A model generated the notes under the pieces. That model made no database searches. It was not told the DNA's origin and saw only the letters and a list, made by a program, of their open reading frames with translations. From a virus: a stretch of 64,000 nt of DNA. Positions within the stretch are counted from its first letter, which is position 1. Each line of letters begins with the position of its first letter. The position numbers and the translations under genes are program-made. Below, piece after piece: positions 37,396 to 46,777 of this stretch. Location: IMG/VR virus record IMGVR_UViG_3300048999_000192, positions 91,099 through 155,098 of that record; one strand, written 5' to 3'.

Positions 37396-38063
37396 GCCTG
37401 CTCTGGAAGTCGGCGGCCTGGTGGAACACCGACCCGGACGACGTGGATGAGTATGAAGAGGGCCTGCGCGACCCGGAGGAGACCGGTAAGGAGCGCGGGC
37501 AGCGCTACGTGTCCCACGTGGTCGACCGGCACAACGTGAGCCGTACGCAGGCTCAGACGGCCCTGCGGCACGTGATGCGCCACCATGACAGCGACGCGAT
37601 CTCTCAGTCGCCGATGGACTACGGCTTCGCCAGCGCGGGCAACCAGATGGGCCACTACTCCCCGGCGATGACGCGCAAGCTGATGGACCCCAAGACCTGG
37701 GAGGGCCGCCCGGTCCAGCAGGTCCCGCTGGACCAGCCGCTCCATGCCAGCCAGAACTTCATCCGTCCCAAGTCCATCGCGCACAACCTCTTCCACCCCG
37801 GCAAGCGGCAGCCGGACTACCAAGACGAGGCCGTCGGCGACCCCGACCACGACCCCGACTGGGACCGGGACGAGGAGGAGTCGAGCGAGGGCGAGTCGCC
37901 GCAGGAGCGCGAACTCCACAAGAACGTCTTCTTCATGAAGCGCAAGAGCGGGCGGATGGAGGTCGTGGACGGGCATCACCGGGTGGCCACGGACATGCTG
38001 CTCGGCAAGTCGCACACCCCTGGCATCGTGATCCACGAGCACGAGCTCAACCAAGGAAGCTAG
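37392..38063 (+). CDS. ParB/Srx-like protein with MSLLW leader
   Basis: GTG 37392 overlaps previous TGA; LHASQ..VVDGHHRV. Confidence 0.75.
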   Translation: MSLLWKSAAWWNTDPDDVDEYEEGLRDPEETGKERGQRYVSHVVDRHNVSRTQAQTALRHVMRHHDSDAISQSPMDYGFASAGNQMGHYSPAMTRKLMDPKTWEGRPVQQVPLDQPLHASQNFIRPKSIAHNLFHPGKRQPDYQDEAVGDPDHDPDWDRDEEESSEGESPQERELHKNVFFMKRKSGRMEVVDGHHRVATDMLLGKSHTPGIVIHEHELNQGS

Positions 38064-38071
38064 GAGTCGCC

Positions 38072-38299
38072 GTGACCGTCCTCAACCCGAGCGAACTGGA
38101 GCTCCGGGGCGGCTACCATCCGCCGTCCTCGCCGGAGAAGGCCAAGTACCACTCCGACATCCGGGAGGTCTATCTCGCGACCGCCCGCGTGCTGAACGAG
38201 ATGCTGCCGCCGTGCCGGGAGTCCGAGCTCGCGCTGGAGCACCTGCTCGACTACTCGCTGATGCTGGCCAACGCCGCAGCCGCCCGGAGGGTGCCATGA
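38072..38299 (+). CDS. Acb2/Tad1-like helical hairpin protein (candidate cyclic-nucleotide sponge)
   Basis: YHPP..IRE..LPPCRESELALEHL..LMLANAAAAR resembles the family pattern. Confidence 0.6.
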   Translation: MTVLNPSELELRGGYHPPSSPEKAKYHSDIREVYLATARVLNEMLPPCRESELALEHLLDYSLMLANAAAARRVP

Positions 38300-38631
38300 G
38301 CCTGCTCTGGGTCCACGCCAACACCGGCACGCGTATGGTGCCGGTGCACGAGGTCATGGGTTACCAGCCGACCGACTTCCCCACGTGGAAGGAGGTCCAC
38401 GACAACTTCTACTGGGACCACCCCACGATGAAGAACTTCGTCAAGCACATCGGCGAGCACGGGGTGAAGAAGCCCATCCGGGTGGACTACGAGAACGACC
38501 CGCCGACGGTCGAGAACGGCCATACCCGCGCGCTGGCGGCGCAGAAGGCGGGCCTGAGCCACATCCCGGTCAAGCAGTACGAGTGGCCAGGGGACATCGA
38601 CGAGGACGACCGGGAGGGGTACGGGGGCTGA
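38296..38631 (+). CDS. ParB/Srx-like protein with MSLLW leader
   Basis: ATG 38296; IGEHGVKKPI..VENGHTRALAA..HIPV. Confidence 0.75.
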   Translation: MSLLWVHANTGTRMVPVHEVMGYQPTDFPTWKEVHDNFYWDHPTMKNFVKHIGEHGVKKPIRVDYENDPPTVENGHTRALAAQKAGLSHIPVKQYEWPGDIDEDDREGYGG

Positions 38632-38634
38632 GCC

Positions 38635-39333
38635 ATGCTGAGCGAGACCGCTGAGCTCCGGATCTCCGAAACTCCGGACCGGCTGATCATGCTGGTGCCG
38701 AACCTCAGCGGCGCCAGGGCGCGCTCGATCGCTAACGCGGCCGTACGGGAGGCCCGGCGCAAGATGCCCAAGCTGAGCGGGCAGGCGGCCAGCCGGATCT
38801 TCCCTATCTACGGCAAGGGCTACTTCGGCATCGGCTTCCTGGACTCCTACGTCTGGTTCCAGGAGAACGGCATCCGCCCGTTCACCATGTACAACCTGCA
38901 GGGCAAGACCATCCCGATGTGGGTCAACGACCCGACCGGCACGCAGCGTCAGCGCAATCCCAAGGCCAAGACCCGCGTCACCATGTCCGGCGTCACGCAG
39001 GTGCTGATCTTCCGCCGGGTCGCCCAGGTCGGCCAGACCAAGACGGTGAAGCGCAGGAGCCGTCTGACGGGCGCGGTGGAGTCGGTCTCGGTGCCAGCCT
39101 CCTACCCGGGCGCGCCAGGACGCATCGGCCGCCGTGAGGCCGCCGCGCCCCTCACCACGCCGGGCAAGACCGGCGGGCAGATCGCCGCCGGGAACGTCGG
39201 CGTACGGTGGCGGCACCCTGGCCTCGCCCCGCGCAAATTCTTGAACAACAGCCTGACGATGGCCGCACAATGGCACGGTATTCTGCCAATTCGGATTTAT
39301 GTGGCAGATAGGAATTGGAGGGCGAGGTTCTGA
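38635..39333 (+). CDS. Basic neck/tail-completion protein
   Basis: Position; ENGIRPF..WRHPGL.PRKFL motifs. Confidence 0.6.
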   Translation: MLSETAELRISETPDRLIMLVPNLSGARARSIANAAVREARRKMPKLSGQAASRIFPIYGKGYFGIGFLDSYVWFQENGIRPFTMYNLQGKTIPMWVNDPTGTQRQRNPKAKTRVTMSGVTQVLIFRRVAQVGQTKTVKRRSRLTGAVESVSVPASYPGAPGRIGRREAAAPLTTPGKTGGQIAAGNVGVRWRHPGLAPRKFLNNSLTMAAQWHGILPIRIYVADRNWRARF

Positions 39334-40001
39334 TGTATCTGACACATATGAAGGCGATGATCGTCGGGGCGATCAAGGAGACCTTCGACTCGCAGTACCC
39401 GGTCGCCCGATTCCGCGATGTCTGGACCAGCATCGAATATCCGATCCAGAGGCAGAACTACCCCGGCATCTGGGTCGACTACGAGGACGCCCGGCCGCTG
39501 GAGATCGCTGGCATCGACCACAAGGAGGTCGACCCGGACGGGCGGCCGTACACCCGGTGGAAGTTCGGCGGGCACGCCACCTTCACCATCGCGGCCATGA
39601 CCTCGCTGGAGCGGGACACGCTCTATGACGAGATGGTGCGCGTGATCGCCTTCGGGCGGCAGAACGCGGCCACCAGCCGATTCCGGACCTTCATCGAGAA
39701 CAACGAGCTGATCGCCACGAACTTCGACTTCGACACGATCCAGCCGGGCGGCAACGCGGCGGCCCCGGGTACCCCCTGGGGCAGCGACGAGATCATCTAC
39801 GAGAAGTCCTTCTCGATGCAGGCCATCGGGGAGTTCACCGTCGACCCGGACGACGTCACGCTCATCCCGCTGAGCGCGATCATCGTCACCGGCCGCCAGG
39901 GCGGCACCGAGGACGATCCGATCGCCGAGCAGAGCGTCACGATCGATCAGAACGCCAGCGACGACCCCAACTACCCGGTCGGCGCAGGGGAGTGGGTGTA
40001 G
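39333..40001 (+). CDS. Tail terminator-like protein
   Basis: TGATG coupling; immediately before sheath; YPGIWV..ERDTLYD. Confidence 0.6.
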   Translation: MYLTHMKAMIVGAIKETFDSQYPVARFRDVWTSIEYPIQRQNYPGIWVDYEDARPLEIAGIDHKEVDPDGRPYTRWKFGGHATFTIAAMTSLERDTLYDEMVRVIAFGRQNAATSRFRTFIENNELIATNFDFDTIQPGGNAAAPGTPWGSDEIIYEKSFSMQAIGEFTVDPDDVTLIPLSAIIVTGRQGGTEDDPIAEQSVTIDQNASDDPNYPVGAGEWV

Positions 40002-40006
40002 GTCCT

Positions 40007-40043
40007 GCTGTCCCTTACCGCTCCCGGACCACCGAAGAGGTGA
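40007..40043 (+). promoter_or_regulatory. Putative late promoter of the tail operon
   Basis: GCTGTC-N21-GAAGAGGTGA. Confidence 0.7.
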
Positions 40044-40062
40044 GCCGGAGCGGTAAGGGAGA

Positions 40063-41595
40063 GTGTCCGAATTGGTAGATTTCACGCGGTACCAGCCTCC
40101 GGGCGTGTACGTCAGCGATGTCTCGCAGCCGCTCGTCAGCAATGCGGGCGTCCCGCAGGCCATCGCCTGCATCGTGGGGCCCGCGCTGGGCTCCACCACG
40201 GCGACCGAGTCGGTGGTGATCGACGCCGACGAGGCCGCGACGCTGACGGCACGCGGCATCTTCACCACGCCGGTGAGCGGCCCACCGGCCATCGCGGCCC
40301 CCGTGGTCAAGAAGCTCGACGGCACCCTGCTGGCGGTCGACACCGACTATGAGTTCTCCGTGGACGCCTCCGCCCCAGGCGGCGCCGCCAACGCGGTGAC
40401 CTCGATCGTCCGGGTGGCCGACTCGACGAACGTCGCCGACGGCGACACCGTCTCGATCACCTACAGCTACGCCGACGCCGACTACTACCAGCCCAAGGTG
40501 TTCGAGGACTACGCCTCGCTGGTCTCGACGTACGGCCTGCCGATGACGTCCACGCCCCCGAGCAACCCCAATGACAGCCAGGTGGTCTCGCCGCTGGCGA
40601 TGGGCGCGCTGATGGCCTTCCAGAACGGGGCCACCCAGCTCATCACCGTGGCGCTGAGCCCCTCAGACGGCACCCTGCAGCAGCAGTTCAACGCGGCGTA
40701 CGGCCGGATCGCGACGAACTACAACACCGCGATCATCACGCCGGTCTTCGTGGACGACCTCACCGTCAACACCGGCACCGTCGCCCAGCTCACCACGACG
40801 CTCGCGCAGGACCTGGAGTCCCACTGCGTGAACGCCTCGGCCGACGGATACCCGCGCATCGGAATCTTCGGCGCCTCGCGCAACTACAGCGAGACCGACC
40901 AGGCCTACGACGCCTTCGCCGCCGCGATCGACAACAAGCGGATCATGCTGGCGTACCCGAACCGGCTGCAGGTCTTCAACGGCTCGACGAATCAAATCAC
41001 GGAGGTCGGCGGCTGTTTCCTGGCCGCCGCCATGGCGGGCCTGCTGAGCTCCCTGCCGACCAACCGGGGCCTGACCAAGCAGACGATCGTCGGCTTCGCC
41101 GGGCTGTCTGCGCCGATCGCCCAGAAGATGACCAAGCTCTTCCGGGACACCCTGAGCCGCTCGGGCGTCGCGGTGGTCGAGGTCAACCGGCTGAGCCAGA
41201 TGATCGTGCGCCACGGCGTGACCACCGACATGACCTCGCTGACCACCCGCGAGGTCAGCCTGGTGCGGATCGCCGACGGCCTCTTCGAGCTCGTGCAGCT
41301 CGGCATGGAGGGCGCGCAGCTCATCGGCGAGGCGATCACCGCCGACACGGTCGTCCAGGTCAAGGGGGCCCTGTCCTCGCTCCTGGAGCAGGCCAAGATC
41401 TCCGAGCTGATCGTTGACTATGCCGACCTGCAGGTCCGGCAGCAGATCTACCCGAGCGGTGACCCCTCGGTCATCGACTGCAAGTTCTCGTACCAGCCTG
41501 CTGTGCCCCTGAACTACATCACCGTGCAGTTCTCGGTGGACCTGCAGTCAGGCGACGTCGGCGACACCACCGCGCTGGCGGCGGCGAGCGCCTGA
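40063..41595 (+). CDS. Tail sheath protein
   Basis: YQPPGVYV N-terminus; VRHGVTT..REVSLVR; YQPAVPLNYITVQF C-terminus. Confidence 0.9.
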   Translation: MSELVDFTRYQPPGVYVSDVSQPLVSNAGVPQAIACIVGPALGSTTATESVVIDADEAATLTARGIFTTPVSGPPAIAAPVVKKLDGTLLAVDTDYEFSVDASAPGGAANAVTSIVRVADSTNVADGDTVSITYSYADADYYQPKVFEDYASLVSTYGLPMTSTPPSNPNDSQVVSPLAMGALMAFQNGATQLITVALSPSDGTLQQQFNAAYGRIATNYNTAIITPVFVDDLTVNTGTVAQLTTTLAQDLESHCVNASADGYPRIGIFGASRNYSETDQAYDAFAAAIDNKRIMLAYPNRLQVFNGSTNQITEVGGCFLAAAMAGLLSSLPTNRGLTKQTIVGFAGLSAPIAQKMTKLFRDTLSRSGVAVVEVNRLSQMIVRHGVTTDMTSLTTREVSLVRIADGLFELVQLGMEGAQLIGEAITADTVVQVKGALSSLLEQAKISELIVDYADLQVRQQIYPSGDPSVIDCKFSYQPAVPLNYITVQFSVDLQSGDVGDTTALAAASA

Positions 41596-41626
41596 GACCG
41601 CGAGCGGATCAGAGAGGAGCTGAGCG

Positions 41627-42130
41627 GTGCCGAACACCAAGGTCAGAGTTGTCGGATCGGGATTCACGACCTTCAATTACAATGGCAAAGCGATTGCCTT
41701 TTGCGAGGGCGTGGAGGACTCTGGCCAGCGCGCGTTCAGCGACATCGGCCAGCCCTACCAGTTCATCCACCCGCTGGGGTACACCCACCCGGTGGAGATC
41801 GCCACCTCGCGCGTGCTCGCGGGCGGCACGCTGATGCTGACCATTCGCGAGCTGTGGGCGGCGCCGGTCTGGCAGCAGCTCGCCGGACTGGCGAATTCCA
41901 ACAACATCGTCGACATCTTCGCCGCTTTGGCCAAGAACCCGGCGTACGTCACGTGCCAGACCATCATCAAGCCCGCTGGCACGGAGAGCACTCCATCGGC
42001 CTGGCGTGGGAAAACTTACCAAAACTGCGTCATTGTGGATATCAATGACGGAGACACGATCACCGTCGGCGCCCTGGCTGTGACCAAGGGCATCACGGTG
42101 GCGTACACCCACTCAACCGCGCTGAAGTAG
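41627..42130 (+). CDS. Tail tube protein
   Basis: Follows sheath; PVEI..GTLMLT..ELW..YQNCVI. Confidence 0.8.
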   Translation: MPNTKVRVVGSGFTTFNYNGKAIAFCEGVEDSGQRAFSDIGQPYQFIHPLGYTHPVEIATSRVLAGGTLMLTIRELWAAPVWQQLAGLANSNNIVDIFAALAKNPAYVTCQTIIKPAGTESTPSAWRGKTYQNCVIVDINDGDTITVGALAVTKGITVAYTHSTALK

Positions 42131-42141
42131 GAGAGGAACAC

Positions 42142-42429
42142 ATGTCCGACCCGACCCTGACCCTGACCGCCGACAAGGCGGTCTACGTCGCTGGCGAGAC
42201 CATCACCGTCTCGGCCGCCTACACCGATGAGGCGACCGAGTCCGAGACCCTCACGATCTCGGGCACGGCCACCGACTCGGCGGGCAACACCGTCACGGCC
42301 ACCACGGTGGTCACGGTGAACAGCCAGACGCCGCAGCACATGGACGTCACCGTCACCGACAACGACGACCGCACCTACGCCAAGACGGACGACCAGCCGG
42401 GCGTGGCGACCTTCACCACCACGGCCTGA
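42142..42429 (+). CDS. Small Ig-like tail-associated protein
   Basis: LTADKAVYVAGETITV; Thr-rich. Confidence 0.7.
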   Translation: MSDPTLTLTADKAVYVAGETITVSAAYTDEATESETLTISGTATDSAGNTVTATTVVTVNSQTPQHMDVTVTDNDDRTYAKTDDQPGVATFTTTA

Positions 42430-42432
42430 CCC

Positions 42433-43368
42433 ATGCCGCTCAAGCCGCTGACCATCAGCGGTGTCGCGACGGACGCGGAAGGCCGGTCGGTCTCCGCGTC
42501 CGTTTCGGTCACCGTCAACGAGCCGACGCTGTTCGGCAGCTCCATCGTGACCAGCGACGGGGTCAACCACTATGACGCGTTCGACGCGATGTTCGGCGAC
42601 ATCAAGATCGACCGGACCTACAACGCGCTGAACGCCAGCCCGCCGAAGTACCAGAGCACCTGGGCGGCTCAGGACGTCAGCCACAACGCGGCCTCGGCCA
42701 CGAGCTTCAAGTACAACCCGGCCGACGTGCTGTCCGGCTCCAAGGACACGGTCCTGAACAGCTTCTTCTCCACGCTCAAGCCGGGGAAGACCCGCTGGTG
42801 GACCTACTGGCACGAGCCGGACGGGGAGATCTACGGGAGCCCGCAGAAGTTCACGGCCGCCGACTACCGGGCCGCGTTCGTCCACATCAACGTGCTGGCC
42901 GAGGCGCACGTCCCGGCAGGTGTGGACGCTCGGGCGTTCCTGTGCGTCGAGGAGTACTCGATGCGCCCGGCCAACGCCAAGGGCCCGGCCACGCCCCGGC
43001 CGCTGGACAGCTTCTATCCCGGCGACTTCATCCAGTCCGTCGGGTTCGACGTCTACAGCGGCTGGAACGAGTCGAGCCCGTACACGCTCACGCCGTCGGC
43101 GCAGTTCGACAAGCTCTTCAGCCTGGCCGCCGCGCTGGGCAAGCCGCTCTGCATTCCGGAGTTCGGCACGCAGGCCACCCCGCCGACCGGCGTCACCATG
43201 ACGCGGGCGCAGTGGATGACCAACGCGCTGCGCTACCTGAGGCCGCACGCCGACCAGATCTCCTGGATCTGCTGGTGGAACGATGGCTTCGCCGACCTGA
43301 CCGGCGATTCCGCTGCCAGCACCATCTGGAAGAACATGTGCCTGAACGGCTGGAACGGAACGCCCTGA
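42433..43368 (+). CDS. Glycoside hydrolase, GH26-like (clan A)
   Basis: WHEPDG acid/base, FYPGD..VGFDVY, IPEFG nucleophile, WWN. Confidence 0.75.
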   Translation: MPLKPLTISGVATDAEGRSVSASVSVTVNEPTLFGSSIVTSDGVNHYDAFDAMFGDIKIDRTYNALNASPPKYQSTWAAQDVSHNAASATSFKYNPADVLSGSKDTVLNSFFSTLKPGKTRWWTYWHEPDGEIYGSPQKFTAADYRAAFVHINVLAEAHVPAGVDARAFLCVEEYSMRPANAKGPATPRPLDSFYPGDFIQSVGFDVYSGWNESSPYTLTPSAQFDKLFSLAAALGKPLCIPEFGTQATPPTGVTMTRAQWMTNALRYLRPHADQISWICWWNDGFADLTGDSAASTIWKNMCLNGWNGTP

Positions 43369-43484
43369 TGAAGGTCACCATCACCGCCTCCGGGGTGCTC
43401 GCCGACGGGGCCACGGCCACGGGGTCGGTGGTGGTGGACGTTCGGGACGATCGGTACACCGATCTCTACGAGGAAAGATTTTAA
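43368..43484 (+). CDS. 38-aa peptide coupled to the glycoside hydrolase gene
   Basis: TGATG coupling; MKVTITASGVLADGATATGSVVVDVRDDRYTDLYEERF. Confidence 0.55.
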   Translation: MKVTITASGVLADGATATGSVVVDVRDDRYTDLYEERF

Positions 43485-43485
43485 A

Positions 43486-44016
43486 ATGACTGACTCTCTC
43501 CCCACCCCGGAAGGCACGCCGCTCGCCGACGGCGAGACCGAGCGTGCCCCCGCCGTCTTCGACGAGCGATACAAGGAGGCCTTCCACGGCCTCGCCTTCC
43601 TCGGCAAGCTGTCCGAGACCTTCGAGTGGTTCGGCCACAAGATCATCATCCGGACCCTGAACACGGACGCCGAGCTCGCGCTGGCTCAGGTGATCAAGCC
43701 CTGGGAGAACACGAGCTTCTATCAGCGCGCCTACATCGCCGCCGTGGTCGCCTGCGCGGTCGAGACGGTCGACGGCAAGGGTCTGCCGACGCCGCTCGGC
43801 GAGGAGGACAACACCTACGCCTGGGCGCAGCTCCGCTTCGACTACGTCAAGGCCCGGTGGTTCCGGCCGACGATCGACACGATCTACGGCAAGTACCTGG
43901 AGCTGGAGGGACGCGCCCGAGAGGCGGAAGAGGAGCTGGGAAAAGCCTGGGGCCAGGCGGCCCCGACCCCTGGCTCGAACGAGAGCTCCGCCATCTTGAG
44001 CGACGAGGGCTTCTAG
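43486..44016 (+). CDS. Tail assembly chaperone (short form)
   Basis: Position before tape measure; slippery site near the 3' end. Confidence 0.75.
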   Translation: MTDSLPTPEGTPLADGETERAPAVFDERYKEAFHGLAFLGKLSETFEWFGHKIIIRTLNTDAELALAQVIKPWENTSFYQRAYIAAVVACAVETVDGKGLPTPLGEEDNTYAWAQLRFDYVKARWFRPTIDTIYGKYLELEGRAREAEEELGKAWGQAAPTPGSNESSAILSDEGF

Positions 44017-44399
44017 CCGGGCGTGGCCGGTCGCGGGTCCAGGATCTGGGCCTGCGGATCCTGGCCTACTTCGACTACCAGGCCAAGCAGGAGCGCGAGA
44101 CCGAGGACCGGATGGAGCGCATCAAGCTGGCCCTGGTCAGCTCTGGGCGCATGACCCCGGCCGAGGCCTTCCCCGACCTGTTCACCGAGGACACCACACC
44201 CCGGGACGACTCCGAGGTGGACTTCGACTACTCCGGCGTCCAGTGGGAGTCGCCGAGCGATGTGGGCGAGGCCGAGTACGACAAGGTGATGGCCGCGCTG
44301 AGAGACAACGCCACGTTCACTACCCGAGACGCCTCCGGGACCACCGAAGGGGTGAAGACCGAGCTCCCAGCGGAGCCTGACGACACGGAGTGGATCTGA
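43938..44399 (+). other. Programmed -1 frameshift (GGGAAAA at 43938-43944) giving the long chaperone ending at 44399
   Basis: Canonical slippery heptamer; the -1 frame is open to the TGA overlapping the tape measure ATG. Confidence 0.85.
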
Positions 44400-46777
44400 T
44401 GACGACGCCGAACCCGCCGAGTCGTCCAGACCAGGCCGTGTCCAAGGAGAGCTCGGTCAACATGGCCGAGGCGCTGGACTCGCTGACCCAGAACATGGCG
44501 GCGCTGAACGAGACCATGCGCCGTACAGCCGAGGAGATCTCGGCCACCCTGGACATCCAGGGGCGCACCGGTTACGGGCCGGACACCCAGCTCGCCTACC
44601 AGGCGCGCCAGCGGGTCGGCCAGAAGACGCCGGAGATCACCACCCAGGCCCTCGGCAACATGCGCCAGCAGTTCGGCATCACCAACGACCTGACCTTGGG
44701 CATGACCCGGCTGGACCCGACCCAGGCCAGCACCTCGATCGGGCACGCGCGGGCGTACGCGGCCCAGCGCATCGGCGAGGCGATCGGCGGGACGCTGTAC
44801 TCCTCCGGCCCGCCGCCGGGACAGCCGACCTCTACCGGCAGCGGGCCCTCTCGCGGCTCTCAGGGCCCTCCGGCGGGCGGTACGACCTCTGGTGGGGCTC
44901 CACCGGGTGGAGGCGCTCCTGGCGGCTCTGGCGGCCCCCCGAGCATGCCGCCGTCCGGCACCCTGCCCCGCTCCCAGCCGACGCCTGGGCGCAGCCCGGC
45001 CATGCAGGCGCTGGGGGCGCGCATCGCGACCTCGGGCGGGCAGACCGACAAGCTGATGCACGCGGCCAAGCACCTGCCCGTGGTCGGCCTCGCCGCCGAC
45101 GTCGCCGGGCGGGCGGGCCACACCTATCTGGACCAGCGTGAGAAGGGCCGCAACTACCAGGAGATCGAGGGCGGGACGAACCTGTCCGCCCAGCGCGAGC
45201 GCGGGCACGAGGAGGTCTACCGCCTCGGGATGGGCTTCGGCATGTCCGAGGAGGCCTCCCGGCAGGCCTTCTACGGGGTGACCGAGCTCGGCTACAACCG
45301 GCGCGGCGACTCCGGCTCGATCCAGAACCGGCAAGGCGCCCTGAACTTCGCATATCACAACTACAACGCCCGGGGCATGGACGTCGGGGAGTCCCTGCAG
45401 GTCCTGCAGACGGCCAGCCAGAACGCCACGGTGACCTTCAAGGGCCTCTCGGACGCACTGAAGGACGTCAGCGACACGGCGGGCTCGGCGGGCGTCAACG
45501 CCAAGCAGATGCGCCAGCAGTTCGATGCCGTCCTGGGCACCGCCATCCAGCAGGGTGCCGGGCCGGGGTCGACCTCCCTGGCGCGCACGATCACCAGCAC
45601 CCAGGCCTCCTACGGCAAGTCCTTCTCCAACCAGTCCTTCGCCGGGCAGCTCGGCTCGACCGAGATGTACATGATGGCGGGCCAGTACGGGATCAACCCG
45701 GGGCAGGCGCAGCAGATCCAGCGGACCAATCCGCAGGAGTACACCCGCATGCTCACCGGCAACAACAGCCGGGTGATCCAGTCGCTGCAGGGGATGACGC
45801 CCGAGGCGATGAGCGACCTGAAGGCGATCATCCAGAAGTACGGCGGCCAGGGGACGATGGACGCCCAGAAGGCCACGATCGTCGGCAATGAGTGGCTGAA
45901 CAAGTGGCAGGGCCGCAACGCGATCGACCTGAACGTCTGGTCCCAGCTCATCAACCAGATGACCGGCCTGCAGCTCGACAACAACACGGTCATGCAGTGG
46001 GTCGTCCAGCAGGTGAGCGGCAACACCGAGGCCGCCCACGCCGCCACCCAGCAGAGCGCGGGCGTGGCCAAGGTCGCCTCCGACCAGTACGGCAACCTCA
46101 CCAAGGGCACCGGCGGGGCCGACACCGGCAAGACGGGCCTGTACCAGGACCCGAACACCTCCTCCGGCGGCAAGGGCGCCGGGGAGAAGGCCCACACCAT
46201 GCAGTCCGGACCGCTACGTGACCTGAAGGACATCAACGCAGGTCACCACTGGTACGGGACCAAGGCGGCCAACAAGGCGGCCGAGCAGTACATCGGCACC
46301 GTCAGCAAGAACAAGCAGCGCGACCCGATCATGGAAGCGCTGCTGCAGAACGTCAAGGATCCCAACAACACCCACGTGCAGGTCACCACCAAGTCCGGCA
46401 CCCGGGTGGTCTCCTTCGCCGACGCGGTGAAGTACTTCCCGAACGAGCTCACCAGCGGCAACGCCCAGTTCGTGGACGGCCCGCAGGCCGGGCGCGGGGT
46501 CAGCGAGCTCACCGGCGGCAACGTCGACACCACCCGCGACACCTCCGGGGAGATCAAGTCCGACCAGGGCGGCAAGGTCGGCACGAGCCTGAGCGACTGG
46601 CAGAAGAAGCACCCGGCCAAGAAGTCCGGGGCCACCCCGCAGGCCGTGACCGTCGGCCTCACGGCCGAGGCGCAGCGGCTCCTGCAGCTCCTGCCGAACA
46701 ACAACAACCCGGCCGCCGCCTCCGGCAGCCCGCCGCAGAACCCCTACCCGAGCCAGGCGAGCCGGGGTGGTAACTGA
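44399..46777 (+). CDS. Tape measure protein
   Basis: Follows the frameshifted chaperone; about 790 aa, A/G/Q-rich. Confidence 0.75.
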   Translation: MTTPNPPSRPDQAVSKESSVNMAEALDSLTQNMAALNETMRRTAEEISATLDIQGRTGYGPDTQLAYQARQRVGQKTPEITTQALGNMRQQFGITNDLTLGMTRLDPTQASTSIGHARAYAAQRIGEAIGGTLYSSGPPPGQPTSTGSGPSRGSQGPPAGGTTSGGAPPGGGAPGGSGGPPSMPPSGTLPRSQPTPGRSPAMQALGARIATSGGQTDKLMHAAKHLPVVGLAADVAGRAGHTYLDQREKGRNYQEIEGGTNLSAQRERGHEEVYRLGMGFGMSEEASRQAFYGVTELGYNRRGDSGSIQNRQGALNFAYHNYNARGMDVGESLQVLQTASQNATVTFKGLSDALKDVSDTAGSAGVNAKQMRQQFDAVLGTAIQQGAGPGSTSLARTITSTQASYGKSFSNQSFAGQLGSTEMYMMAGQYGINPGQAQQIQRTNPQEYTRMLTGNNSRVIQSLQGMTPEAMSDLKAIIQKYGGQGTMDAQKATIVGNEWLNKWQGRNAIDLNVWSQLINQMTGLQLDNNTVMQWVVQQVSGNTEAAHAATQQSAGVAKVASDQYGNLTKGTGGADTGKTGLYQDPNTSSGGKGAGEKAHTMQSGPLRDLKDINAGHHWYGTKAANKAAEQYIGTVSKNKQRDPIMEALLQNVKDPNNTHVQVTTKSGTRVVSFADAVKYFPNELTSGNAQFVDGPQAGRGVSELTGGNVDTTRDTSGEIKSDQGGKVGTSLSDWQKKHPAKKSGATPQAVTVGLTAEAQRLLQLLPNNNNPAAASGSPPQNPYPSQASRGGN

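Noticed and set aside
6617-38631. ParABS partition system from the three ParB-like domains
   Set aside because: No ParA ATPase, HTH domain or parS array seen; these are isolated ParB/Srx catalytic-type domains
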